64,000 nt of DNA. It comes from an uncultured delta proteobacterium (GTDB lineage: Bacteria; Myxococcota_A; Polyangia; Fen-1088). The notes under the pieces are model-generated. The model was not told the origin of the DNA and ran no database searches. It saw only the letters and a list, made by a program, of their open reading frames with translations. The stretch covers positions 1,104,378 through 1,168,377 of the forward strand of contig CAWAKD010000007.1 in assembly GCA_963782545.1 (NCBI GenBank), given 5' to 3'. This document shows, piece by piece, positions 35,591 through 44,795 of this stretch. Within the stretch, counting starts at the first letter, position 1. Each line of letters opens with the position of its first letter. The translations under genes and the position numbers were made by a program.

Positions 35591-35716
35591 TGCGCAGCCT
35601 TGCTTCTCCTTGGCGAAGATAGTGCCACGGCGTGATTGGACTCGTCCATTCCAGGAGGACTGACTGGGTGAATTGATCGAGGGGACCGTGGCGGCCGTGG
35701 CGGTTGTGGCACAATC

Positions 35717-37147
35717 TCATGCTCGGCTTGGTTCGGCGCCAGCGGTCGTGGAGAAGCGGAAACGCGCGCCGCCCTCGGGGCCGCGGTCGACCTTCACGGC
35801 GCTGCCGTGGTCGCGCGCGATCTCCGCCACGAAGGCCAGTCCGAGCCCCGTGCCACGCTCCCGCGTGGTGAAGAAGGGCGTGAAGATCTTGGCGCGTATC
35901 TCATCGGGCACGCCCGGACCGCTGTCGCGAACCTCCCATTCGATGCGTTGGCGATCGGACGCTTCCGCGCGCGCCGCGAGCACGACCCGCCCGGATGCGC
36001 CAGCGGCCGTGGTCGCGTTCTTGGCCAGATTGAGCAGGGCGCGGCGCAGTTGCGCTCGATCCGCGCGCGCCACCATCCCGGACGCGCACTCCACGGAAAA
36101 GGCGGGCCCGCCTGCCGCCGGGCGCGAGATCTCCGCGATTTCATCGAGCAGGGTGGAAACCGGAAACGCCTCCATCGCCGGGACTGGGCGTCGGGCGAAG
36201 TCGATGAAGTCGCTCACCACGTTCTTGAGGTAGCCGATCTCGCGCTCGATCCGCGCGATCTCGGCCAAGCGCTCGGGCTGCTGCACCAGCCCCTCACGCA
36301 GCAGTCCGGCGTACAGCTCGAGGCCGCCCAAGGGATTGCGAACCTCGTGCGCGATCCCCGCCAGCATCATCTGCATACGCTCGTCACGCGCGTGGAGCGC
36401 GCCCCTCATCTCGTCGAGACGCCCAGCCAGGTAGCCGATCTCGTCCCGCGTTTCGGCCACCACCGTGCCTGCCAGATCGCCCTGTCCGATGCGTTCGGCG
36501 GCCACGGCCAAGCGTTCGAGCGGTCCGGTCATGCGCCGGGAAAGCCACGCTGCCAAGACCACGATCATCGCCAGGCTGACGATCCCGCCCACCACCAGCC
36601 AGCGACGGAACAGGGCCAGCGCATCGAGGTATTCGGCACTGGCCTCGACCATCGCGAAACCGGTGCCGCCGACGCGTGCGTAACCGCGCTTGTAGGGCAA
36701 GCCGTCGCGACCGATGAAGAGCGGCGAGGCGGTGGCCTGGCCGGCGCCGGCCTTCTCGATCTCGGGCGCGTCCGCGCCAAGCTCGCGGGCCGGCGCGCCC
36801 AGAGGCAGTACGTTCTCGCTGTCCGCCCGCACGGTCAGATCGCGCGCCACCAGCATGACCCTGCGCACGGCCAGACGCTCACGTGCTTGTTCGACCCGAT
36901 GGCGGAGATTGGCGTAGGTCATCGATGTCTCATCGCCGGGCCCGATCGCGGCGAGTTGTTCGGGCAAGACCAGCATGGACACCGCCGTCGCGGCCGTGGC
37001 CAACCGCCGCCCGAGCTCCTGTTCCAGCACGCGCCGCGCAACCTCGTGCGCTGCGGCCCCGAAGAGCGCCAGGGCAAGCGTGGCGGGCACGAGCATGGCC
37101 ACGAGCAACTTGGCGAGCAGCCTTCCGCGCGGCAGGCGAACCGACAT
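35717..37147 (-). CDS. Sensor histidine kinase: 2 TM, periplasmic loop, HAMP, HisKA and HATPase_c.
   Basis: Internal Met MSVRLPRGRLLAKLLVAMLV of ORF 35717..37345. H-box IAHEVRNPLGGL; N/G boxes present. Confidence 0.85.
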   Translation of the reverse strand: MSVRLPRGRLLAKLLVAMLVPATLALALFGAAAHEVARRVLEQELGRRLATAATAVSMLVLPEQLAAIGPGDETSMTYANLRHRVEQARERLAVRRVMLVARDLTVRADSENVLPLGAPARELGADAPEIEKAGAGQATASPLFIGRDGLPYKRGYARVGGTGFAMVEASAEYLDALALFRRWLVVGGIVSLAMIVVLAAWLSRRMTGPLERLAVAAERIGQGDLAGTVVAETRDEIGYLAGRLDEMRGALHARDERMQMMLAGIAHEVRNPLGGLELYAGLLREGLVQQPERLAEIARIEREIGYLKNVVSDFIDFARRPVPAMEAFPVSTLLDEIAEISRPAAGGPAFSVECASGMVARADRAQLRRALLNLAKNATTAAGASGRVVLAARAEASDRQRIEWEVRDSGPGVPDEIRAKIFTPFFTTRERGTGLGLAFVAEIARDHGSAVKVDRGPEGGARFRFSTTAGAEPSRA

Positions 37148-37241
37148 GCCACCTAGTGTAGCGGTGACGCGAGAGGAGCGCGACTCCGGCGACTCACGGG
37201 CAGCCGGCGTAGGCGCATGCCCAGCACCGGCCGTCGCCGAG

Positions 37242-37794
37242 TCATCTCGTGAGTAATCGCAAAGCGACCAGCGCCAACCACGCGCATCCGACCACGCTGA
37301 CAAGCGCTGCGATCCAAGCGCGCCGTCGTCCCCACGCCGTAACATCCTTCCGCCCCAGCGCGCGCACGGACAGGACGAGGGAATAGGGATGAACCAGGCC
37401 CATCAACCATAGGCTGACCAGCGCGACCCGCATGGCCCGGTAGGCCGCGCGGTCGCCGGGGCCGATAAGCCCGTCGTCATCTTTGTCCTGTTCCACGGGC
37501 TGTCCACGACCCGATTCGAGCGAGGCTTCTCCAGCATCCGCAAGGTCGGCTGCTTCCGACACCCCCGGATGTTGCAAGATCTGTTTGGCTCGCTCCAGGT
37601 CCGCGCGGCGCACTTGCACGCGAATGCCACCGATCGCTCGGTTGAGGTGCCAGGTCTGCGCCGCCATGATCTGGTCGGGAATGAAGCACTCGAGCCCTTC
37701 CGCGTCTAGGCGACCGCACAGCAGTTGCGCCGCCGTCAGCTCACCGCAATGGGTGAGAGTAACGACTTCCTCGGGATCTTCGCGGTCAGACACA
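37242..37794 (-). CDS. DUF2007-like small protein with a C-terminal TM segment.
   Basis: GTG start (VSDREDPEEVVTLTHCGELTAAQLLCGRLDAEGLECFIPD). Weak family call. Confidence 0.45.
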
Positions 37795-37896
37795 GGCCGA
37801 CAGTAGCACGCGCGGGCGGGCCGTGGGCGACGGCCAGCAGAGGGTCGGGCTGACCATCCTTCGTCGGGGGTGTATCCTGACAGGCGGCGAGTCGCG

Positions 37897-38463
37897 ATGC
37901 TGTCCAGGGTCCTGCACGAGTTGCAATCCGATCCCGCGAAGTGGGAACGATGCAAGGGATTCTTCAAGGTGTTGAAGATTCCAGCGAAGACCTCCCTGCT
38001 TCGTGAAGGCGAGGTCGCCCGCTCCATGTATTTCGTGAAGGAGGGATGTTTGCGCCTTTGGTTCAACAAGGACGGCAAAGACGTGACGTTCCAGTTCTTC
38101 TTGGAAAACCAAGGGGTTTCCTCCATGGAGAGCTTCCTGGGCGGTGGACCGAGCCTGTTTTCCTTGGAAAGCATCGAGCCGACGACGGTGGCGGCGATCG
38201 GTCGCCAGGACTGGGACCGACTTCACGAGGTCTACCCGAATCTGCGCGACTTGTTCCAGCAGATCGTCCTCAAGCGGATGGAGAACTACGGTCGGCTCTT
38301 CCTATCCCGGATCAAGGACAGCCCGCGCGAGCGCTACGAGGATTTGCTGCGCGAGTACCCCGAGATCGTTCGAAGAATTCCCCAGCACTTCATCGCGTCC
38401 TACCTGGGCATCACGCCCGTTTCGCTGAGCCGCATCCGAAATCGCATCCACAAGAAGCGCTGA
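37897..38463 (+). CDS. Crp/Fnr-family transcriptional regulator (cNMP-binding domain plus C-terminal HTH).
   Basis: Effector-domain beta roll (GEVARSMYFVKEGCLRLWF) and C-terminal HTH FIASYLGITPVSLSRIRNRI. Confidence 0.85.
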   Translation: MLSRVLHELQSDPAKWERCKGFFKVLKIPAKTSLLREGEVARSMYFVKEGCLRLWFNKDGKDVTFQFFLENQGVSSMESFLGGGPSLFSLESIEPTTVAAIGRQDWDRLHEVYPNLRDLFQQIVLKRMENYGRLFLSRIKDSPRERYEDLLREYPEIVRRIPQHFIASYLGITPVSLSRIRNRIHKKR

Positions 38464-38496
38464 CGGCGATTTCTTATCAAAGGTTATCGTCGCTGG

Positions 38497-38763
38497 ATGG
38501 GCCCCGGCGTTATTGGTGGATCCATGGCTCCGCTCTTCTCCAACCGCCGTCTGCCCGGAACGCGCTTCGTGGAATTCGACTCGCACAAGTGCCAGGCCTG
38601 TTGGTCTTGTGTCGACGCCTGTCCGAACCACGTGATCGGGAAGGTGTCGGTGCTGTGGCACAAGCATGCGGCGCTCCGCAAAGGCGAGGACTGCGTCGGG
38701 TGTTTCAAGTGCGTCGCGGCCTGCCGGGCAGGCGCCTTGCAACGGCGGACCGTGGCGCCATGA
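38497..38763 (+). CDS. 4Fe-4S dicluster ferredoxin-like protein.
   Basis: Two Cys clusters: CQACWSCVDACP and CVGCFKCVAAC. Confidence 0.7.
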   Translation: MGPGVIGGSMAPLFSNRRLPGTRFVEFDSHKCQACWSCVDACPNHVIGKVSVLWHKHAALRKGEDCVGCFKCVAACRAGALQRRTVAP

Positions 38764-39242
38764 GGCCGGCGTCCCTGCGAGGCTCGATCAACGTTGGTCT
38801 GCTGATCGCCGGCACGGCGTCGTTGGTGTCGGGCTTTCTTATCCAGGCGACCTACCACATGGGTCACGGAGTTTGGGCCGGCCGCACCGTGTGGGGCTGG
38901 GGCCGTCCGACCTGGGCACTGTTCCACCAGATTTCCTCGGCAGCGTTGCTGGCCTTCGCCGCGTGGCACCTGAACTTGAACCGCAAGCCGTTGCTCGCAA
39001 CCCTTCGACGCAGCGATGCGTGGCGAAGCCTTGGCCCGGTCCTATTCGGGACTTTTGCAGCCGCGGTCACCACCGCGCTGGTTGCATGGGCCGCCGCCGT
39101 AGGCTTCGACCACCACCTCGCGGAGCGAGCCATGGTGGAAATCCACGACAAGATCGTGATCCCGATGTCCGTCCTTCTTGCGCTGCATGTTTGGCAGAGG
39201 CGTTCCCGGTTACTGCCGCGCTCGCGCCCAATTGGACGATAG
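38760..39242 (+). CDS. DUF4405-like integral membrane protein (4 TM), ATGA-coupled to the upstream ferredoxin.
   Basis: Internal Met MRPASLRG of ORF 38046..39242. Four hydrophobic helices with conserved His. Confidence 0.55.
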   Translation: MRPASLRGSINVGLLIAGTASLVSGFLIQATYHMGHGVWAGRTVWGWGRPTWALFHQISSAALLAFAAWHLNLNRKPLLATLRRSDAWRSLGPVLFGTFAAAVTTALVAWAAAVGFDHHLAERAMVEIHDKIVIPMSVLLALHVWQRRSRLLPRSRPIGR

Positions 39243-39370
39243 CGTGTGGTCCGGCTACGCCTCGACCAGCATCACCAGGGTCTCGGCCAGCACTCCATCG
39301 TGCGCCATGGCCTCGGCAGCACCTGGCGTCGGGAAAAGAACGGCCTTCGGATCTGCGACGGTCACGCCCG

Positions 39371-40456
39371 TCAGTAGCGCTCGCTGTCGTCCTTGGGCGA
39401 CATCGGCCAGGCCTGGGTGGCACGTCCGTTGATGGTGGTTCCGCCGAACACGATGGGGGCACCGTTGGCAATGAAGTCGGCCGGGAAGCTCAGGGTCGGC
39501 TTCGACAGGGCGTCCAGCTTCGCGACGTGGGCGGCTTCGAGACGGACGTCAAGCCCGGCCAGATTGTCTTCCAGTTGCGCAAGCGTCCGCGCCCCGATGA
39601 TGGTCGAGGCGACACCCGGACGCGCCTGTACCCACGCCAGCGCCACCCGCGCCACCGTGGTGCCCAAGGCCTTGGCAATTCTGGCCATCTCTTCAAGAAG
39701 GTCGTACGCCTTGTCGTTGAGAGCGCTCAGTGCCCAGGGGCCGCGGCCGGCGTCGTGCTGACCGTGTTTGTCGCGCGTGTACTTTCCCGACAGCACGCCG
39801 CTCTTCAAGGGCGACCACGGGGTCACGCCGAGGCCCAGCTCGAGGGCCATCGGAATCAGCTCGCCTTCCACCGTGCGTTCGAGCAGCGAATACTCGATTT
39901 GCAGTGCGATCAGGGGCGCCCAGCCGCGAAAGCGGGCGATGGTTTGTGCCTCGGCACATTTCCAGGCCGGCGTATCCGAGAAGCCGATGTAGCGAACCTT
40001 GCCTTCCCGGACCAGGTCGTCGAGGGCGCGCAGGGTTTCTTCGATGGGCGTGGTGGCGTCCCAGGCGTGCATCCAATAGAGGTCGATATACGGCGTCTGC
40101 AACCGTCGCAAGGACTGCTCGCACGCCGAAACAATCGCCTTGCGGTGCGAGCCGCCGCCGTTGGGATCGCCACGGTAAAGGTTGCTGAGGAATTTCGTTG
40201 CCAAAACCACGCGGTCGCGTTTGCTCGGGTGCCGGCCGATGTGGTCCCCGATGATCTTCTCCGAATGGCCCTTGGTGTAGGCGTTGGCGGTGTCGATGAA
40301 GTTGCCACCCCGTTCGAGAAAGCGATCGATGATGGCCTGCGAGTCGGCCACCGAGGAGCCCCAGCCCCAGTCTTCCCCGAAGGTCATCGCGCCAAGACAC
40401 ATGGGCGAAACACGCAAGCCGGATCTTCCAAGTGTCACGTAGTTGTCGAGTGGCAT
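39371..40456 (-). CDS. Aldo/keto reductase.
   Basis: LGAMTFGEDWG..., IDTANAYTKGHSE, and a standard AKR catalytic tetrad context. Confidence 0.9.
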   Translation of the reverse strand: MPLDNYVTLGRSGLRVSPMCLGAMTFGEDWGWGSSVADSQAIIDRFLERGGNFIDTANAYTKGHSEKIIGDHIGRHPSKRDRVVLATKFLSNLYRGDPNGGGSHRKAIVSACEQSLRRLQTPYIDLYWMHAWDATTPIEETLRALDDLVREGKVRYIGFSDTPAWKCAEAQTIARFRGWAPLIALQIEYSLLERTVEGELIPMALELGLGVTPWSPLKSGVLSGKYTRDKHGQHDAGRGPWALSALNDKAYDLLEEMARIAKALGTTVARVALAWVQARPGVASTIIGARTLAQLEDNLAGLDVRLEAAHVAKLDALSKPTLSFPADFIANGAPIVFGGTTINGRATQAWPMSPKDDSERY

Positions 40457-40676
40457 GTTCCCTGCCTTTCACGCGGGATCTACCCAATCGCTCCGGGGCG
40501 TGCCAGCAACAAAGTAGTTGATAAATTGGCAAATCCCGTCAAGCGGCGGCTTTCGTCACTGCTCTGTCCGGGTTCCCAATCCCATGCCGGCGCCAATGTG
40601 ATGAATCGCACGGTCGGTACGCCCTCCTCGGGGCGTGCGACTTGATGAAAAATCCGTATTGCACGAAGCTCGTATC

Positions 40677-41444
40677 ATGTTCATTCGACGATTGCGATGG
40701 TTCGGGCTTCTCGCGCTTGCTTGCGCTGCCACGGGGAGCGCGGGCTGCGGCGGTTCGTCGTGTGGCAAATGTGCCGGCCCAATGCCCTACGACACACGCA
40801 CGGTCACGCCGGACGAGCAGACGGCGCTCGGCTTCTCGGCCAATGACGTGAAGGCCCGCCTCGTCGGGCCGTGGGTGGGAACCCTGGCCTGGGTTGCCGA
40901 TCCGGCCACGGTCACAGCCCATCCCGCCGCCGGAACGACCACGGTCACGATCGCTCTCCGCTACGCCTTCGACGAGCGATCGATCATGGCCTACGAGCCG
41001 TCCGCGGTGTACACCGACGCGTCCGCTTCGATCCTGCATATGGAGCTTCCGATCCACCTGCTCGTCACCACCGCCGATGGCGCGCTCGCCGAGGACCACC
41101 TGACGGCCATCAGGGCCACGGGCGCCTCGCAGGGTACGCTTCTCGACCTCTTCGGCGCCACACGGGGCACGCCGGTGCAGGGAAGCTACACCGCGACGGC
41201 AGTGGACGCTGCTCGCTACCTCGGCACCGAGAACGAATTGAAGGTCGAGCTCGCTCCCGAGACCGCGACCGGCGGCCTCATCTTGTACGGCCTGGGAAGC
41301 GCCAAGAGCGCGGACGGCACATCGGACATCAAGATCGCCGACGAGCTTCCCGTCGCGACCTTCGCGGCCGCCGCCATCGCGGACATCGCCCAGGTCGATA
41401 GCGGTGCCGGCCCGGTGGACGGAGCGGTCTCGGCTGATCGATGA
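40677..41444 (+). CDS. Hypothetical lipoprotein.
   Basis: MFIRRLRWFGLLALACAATGSAGCGG lipobox. Confidence 0.55.
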   Translation: MFIRRLRWFGLLALACAATGSAGCGGSSCGKCAGPMPYDTRTVTPDEQTALGFSANDVKARLVGPWVGTLAWVADPATVTAHPAAGTTTVTIALRYAFDERSIMAYEPSAVYTDASASILHMELPIHLLVTTADGALAEDHLTAIRATGASQGTLLDLFGATRGTPVQGSYTATAVDAARYLGTENELKVELAPETATGGLILYGLGSAKSADGTSDIKIADELPVATFAAAAIADIAQVDSGAGPVDGAVSADR

Positions 41445-41532
41445 CCGCCGCGCAAGCGGCCCAAAGCAGGCGCCCGTCGGGCATATGCGACCAAGCGTTG
41501 TCTCGGCGGCCTTTGCGATGTATGGTGAGTGT

Positions 41533-41760
41533 ATGGCGCGTCTCACTTCAACCACGGTTCGACTAGGAGAGGATGATATCCGAGCTTTGAAGAAGGCTCG
41601 TGCTGCTGGGCATTCCGCTTCGGAGCTTGTCCGAAAGGGGTTGCGCGTTGTGGCCTCGCGGTACTACTCGGGCCGCCGCGCCCCTACGACCGGTCTGTTC
41701 GAGTCGACCGACAGCAAACTAGGCGACGAGTCTCTGCTCTTAAAGGATCTCAAGGATTGA
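41533..41760 (+). CDS. vapB: VapB-like ribbon-helix-helix antitoxin.
   Basis: Internal Met MARLTSTTVRLGEDDIRALKKARAAGHSASELVRKGL; overlaps vapC as TTGA. Confidence 0.6.
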   Translation: MARLTSTTVRLGEDDIRALKKARAAGHSASELVRKGLRVVASRYYSGRRAPTTGLFESTDSKLGDESLLLKDLKD

Positions 41761-42188
41761 AGTCAGCACTTGTCGCGGATACCGGTGGACTCCTCCAGGC
41801 ACTCGCGTGCGACCGAGCCGGTGCGCCAAGCTTTCCGGAGTACGAGGAGGCGCTGACGTCAGCGAGCTCAGTAATCGTGCCTGGGCTTGTCCTCGCCGAG
41901 GTTGACTACTTTCTCAGAGACAACCGTGCAGCGATGAGAAGGCTGATCGCGGACATCTTCGATCCAGAAACACGATATGAGTATGAACTGCCGCTATCGT
42001 CCGACATCGCCAGATCCATAGAACTGGACGCAAGGTTCGCAGGGCTCAGCCTCGGCCTGGTTGATGGCACCGTGGCCGCAGTGGCTGAACGACGGCGCGT
42101 CTACCGGGTCTTGACGACCGATCGGCGCGACCTTGGTGCCATACGAATCGGACCTCGCCTGTCGCAGGCCCTTGAATTGGTTCCATGA
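41757..42188 (+). CDS. vapC: PIN-domain toxin VapC.
   Basis: Conserved acidic residues (ALVADTGGL, ...VDGTVAAVAERRRVYRVLTTDRRDLGAI). Confidence 0.75.
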   Translation: MKSALVADTGGLLQALACDRAGAPSFPEYEEALTSASSVIVPGLVLAEVDYFLRDNRAAMRRLIADIFDPETRYEYELPLSSDIARSIELDARFAGLSLGLVDGTVAAVAERRRVYRVLTTDRRDLGAIRIGPRLSQALELVP

Positions 42189-42579
42189 AGGTGAGAGCAG
42201 GTCGGAACCGCGTGGAGATCCCTGGGTCCGATCGTGGTTAGCTCGGTGGGGCTGACTTCTGGATTCAGTCTCTAGCCGCCCGTTCGGGCCAAAGTGGCGC
42301 GTTGGTCGCCGTCGAACCCGGCGTTGAATTGACCGCGGCGGTGAAAGGCGTGCCACTGCCCGCCGAGGTCGATTTCCAAGTGGAGCTGGCCCGGTCGCAC
42401 CGACGGCGATCGGTTCCCCGGATCTCGATGCTATCTCTCGGAAATGTCGTGCGGCGGGCTTCGCCGCTGAACGGCAATGCGTTGGCAGTCGCGAGGACTC
42501 TTGTCATGTATCCGAGATCACAGCCAGCGTTTGCTCTGACTCCTGGGTGAAGCTACGCTGTTTGGAGAGGAACATCCCT

Positions 42580-42984
42580 ATGAAGAATCGCCTTTGGTTT
42601 GGTGCGCTCTTGGCAGTCGTCATCGCCGGGAGTTCGATTTCAGGATGTGGTGCTGGCCGAAAATGTCCAGCTGGATGCCCAGCGACCTATATGTCTGTCG
42701 TCTTTGATATTATGTCTTCTGCGGATGGAGGAGTAGTGAGTGACGTTGAAGTCGCCTTTTCTGGTCCATCCGAGGGCAACATGAAATGCGAAACCACAGA
42801 TGCGGGGACGGCATGCTTCTGGCCAAGCGGGCCGGTGACAGAAGGGACGTACTCGCTCCAGATTTCTGCTTCGGGCTACAAGGCGGCAAAGATCGATGCG
42901 AGGATGACGATCATTCCGGATCCGCAATGTGGTTGTACCGGCGCTGCGCTGAAGCCGTCCCAAGTAACTCTTGATCCTCTTTGA
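42580..42984 (+). CDS. Hypothetical lipoprotein in the low-GC island.
   Basis: MKNRLWFGALLAVVIAGSSISGCGAG; GC about 52%. Confidence 0.5.
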   Translation: MKNRLWFGALLAVVIAGSSISGCGAGRKCPAGCPATYMSVVFDIMSSADGGVVSDVEVAFSGPSEGNMKCETTDAGTACFWPSGPVTEGTYSLQISASGYKAAKIDARMTIIPDPQCGCTGAALKPSQVTLDPL

Positions 42985-43011
42985 CCAGGACATTCGCAGA
43001 CGGTGCGCCGC

Positions 43012-43191
43012 CTAACCGCGCGTTGAACGCGCAATCGTTGATATCACCACCTCGGGATGCACACGTGGCCCCGGCTCGGTTCCCGCGGAAATCGCGACCG
43101 CTTTCGCCGGATCGGCAAGTTGGTTGAAGAGCGCGGCCGCCATTTGCGACCGGCCGGCATTGTGAACACACGCAAATAGAATGGTCTTCAA
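43012..43191 (-). pseudogene. arsC: Arsenate reductase (LMW-PTP type ArsC): N-terminal fragment only (59 codons).
   Basis: AGGAGG RBS, TTG start, then MKTILFACVHNAGRSQMAAALFNQ...ISAGTEPGPRVHPEVV (Cys-X5-Arg P-loop). Stops after about 59 aa; no continuation in any frame. Confidence 0.5.
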
Positions 43192-43324
43192 GATTCCTCC
43201 TGGGAAGTTGCCACGAGCTGCGCCGGCACGGCATACCAGCGACGGGAGCCGACCCCGAGCCCCATGGCCAGAAATATCCACAGGGTGAGATGGCGATCGA
43301 CGCGCGAGAGCCGCCGGGTTTCGC

Positions 43325-44215
43325 TCACGGTTTTCTGGCCCGGACAAACGCGCTCATGACCGCGCCATCGAGCGCGGCGAGGGCCGGAGTCGGGTCGCTC
43401 CCGCAGCACGATGACGACGCCATCTCGGCCGCGTCGTCCTTGCTGTAGATCCGGGTCGCCTCGACCGTGACGTCGTGAAAACCGGCCGCGCGCAGCTTGC
43501 CGACGTAGTCGGATTCCACCAGGGCGCCCGCCACGCATCCTGTCCACAGGTTCAGGGATCCGCGCACGTCCTCAGGCAATTCACGACGAAGCACGATGTC
43601 GGACACGGCGAATCGCCCACCAGGCTTGAGCACGCGAAATGCCTCGCGCAGCACCTTGTCCTTGTCGGCCGACAGGTTGATGACACAATTCGAGATGATC
43701 ACGTCCACCGCGTTTTCCGGCAACGGGATGTCCTCGATGGCTCCCTTCAAGAACTCGACGTTGGTGGCGCCTGCCTTGGTCTTGTTCTTCTCCGCGAGAT
43801 CCAGCATCTCGTCGGTCATGTCGAGCCCGTAGGCCTTGCCGGTCGGCCCGACCCTTCTCGCGGACAGGAGCACGTCGATGCCGCCCCCGGCGCCGAGATC
43901 GAGGACGATTTCGCCCGGTCGTAGCTCGGCCAGCGCGGTCGGGTTGCCGCAGCCGAAGGACGCCAGAAGCGCCTCTTCGGGCAGGCCCTCGGTCTGCTCG
44001 GCGGCGTACAGGTCGCGTGTGATGGGATCGGTGCCTCCCATGCCGGCCGCCTTGGAGCCGCAGCAGCAAGGCTTGGCCCCCCGGATGACTTCCTTCACGG
44101 CCTGGCCGTAGCGCTCCTTGACGACCTCACGGATATTCTGCGCGGACGCAGGTTCGCCGGCGGAACAACGGGTCGATCCATGGTCAGGGTTCATGACGAC
44201 GAGGCGGGTGGACAT
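43325..44215 (-). CDS. arsM: Arsenite S-adenosylmethionine methyltransferase.
   Basis: AAGGAG RBS; SAM motifs [35 protein letters not shown]; conserved Cys pairs. Confidence 0.85.
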   Translation of the reverse strand: MSTRLVVMNPDHGSTRCSAGEPASAQNIREVVKERYGQAVKEVIRGAKPCCCGSKAAGMGGTDPITRDLYAAEQTEGLPEEALLASFGCGNPTALAELRPGEIVLDLGAGGGIDVLLSARRVGPTGKAYGLDMTDEMLDLAEKNKTKAGATNVEFLKGAIEDIPLPENAVDVIISNCVINLSADKDKVLREAFRVLKPGGRFAVSDIVLRRELPEDVRGSLNLWTGCVAGALVESDYVGKLRAAGFHDVTVEATRIYSKDDAAEMASSSCCGSDPTPALAALDGAVMSAFVRARKP

Positions 44216-44289
44216 TTTGTTCTCCTTTATCGATGTTTCTCGATATAGCGGGCAACCGATGGATGATGAATCCTTGGGGGCAAGAACCT

Positions 44290-44694
44290 TCAGTCCGCGA
44301 ACTGGTCGGCAAACTGGAAAAGCTGCGCGCGTACGCTCTTGTCCACGGCGTAGTAGACCCACGTTCCCCGACGCTCGGCGGTTACCAGGCCCGCCTCGCG
44401 CAGCAGCCTCAGGTGATGCGAGATGGTGGGCTGACTCAAACTCTTGACGTGATCCTCGATCTGGCAGACGCAGACCTCGCCGCCCGCCGCGGCCAGAAAC
44501 CCGAGGATCGTGAGTCGGGTCTCGTCGCCGAGTGCCTTGAACAACCCGGCAAAGGTGGAAAGATTCCTGAACTTCGGCTTGGCACGCGGAGCACAGCAAG
44601 CGATTGCTGGTTCTCCTGGCTTGACGATGGCGAGAGGTCGGGGCACGCAGAGAGCATGGCGTCTATATCGACCGCTGTCAATATAGAAAATCAT
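44290..44694 (-). CDS. arsR: ArsR/SmtB-family metalloregulator.
   Basis: HTH with the metal-binding CVC (GGEVCVCQIEDHVKSLSQPTISHHLRLLREAGLV). Start codon uncertain. Confidence 0.75.
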   Translation of the reverse strand: MIFYIDSGRYRRHALCVPRPLAIVKPGEPAIACCAPRAKPKFRNLSTFAGLFKALGDETRLTILGFLAAAGGEVCVCQIEDHVKSLSQPTISHHLRLLREAGLVTAERRGTWVYYAVDKSVRAQLFQFADQFAD

Positions 44695-44795
44695 CGATGC
44701 AGGCGGCCGTCACGGCTGGGGCACCCCCTCACGGGTTTCCACCTCGCGGCGAGATGCGGCGTGCGGGAAGCCATAAACAAGGATAAGAAACCTCC

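Larger units (their letters stand above)
41450..43000. other. Low-GC island (about 52-56% against about 68% flanking) containing vapBC and a lipoprotein gene. Probably horizontally acquired; it abuts the truncated arsC.
   Basis: Base composition and codon usage (many A/T-ending codons) differ visibly from the flanks. Confidence 0.5.

Noticed and set aside
41545-41560. A tRNA-like T-loop motif (acGGTTCGActa).
   Set aside because: It lies inside vapB and codes for TTVRLGE. No acceptor or anticodon arms are present around it.
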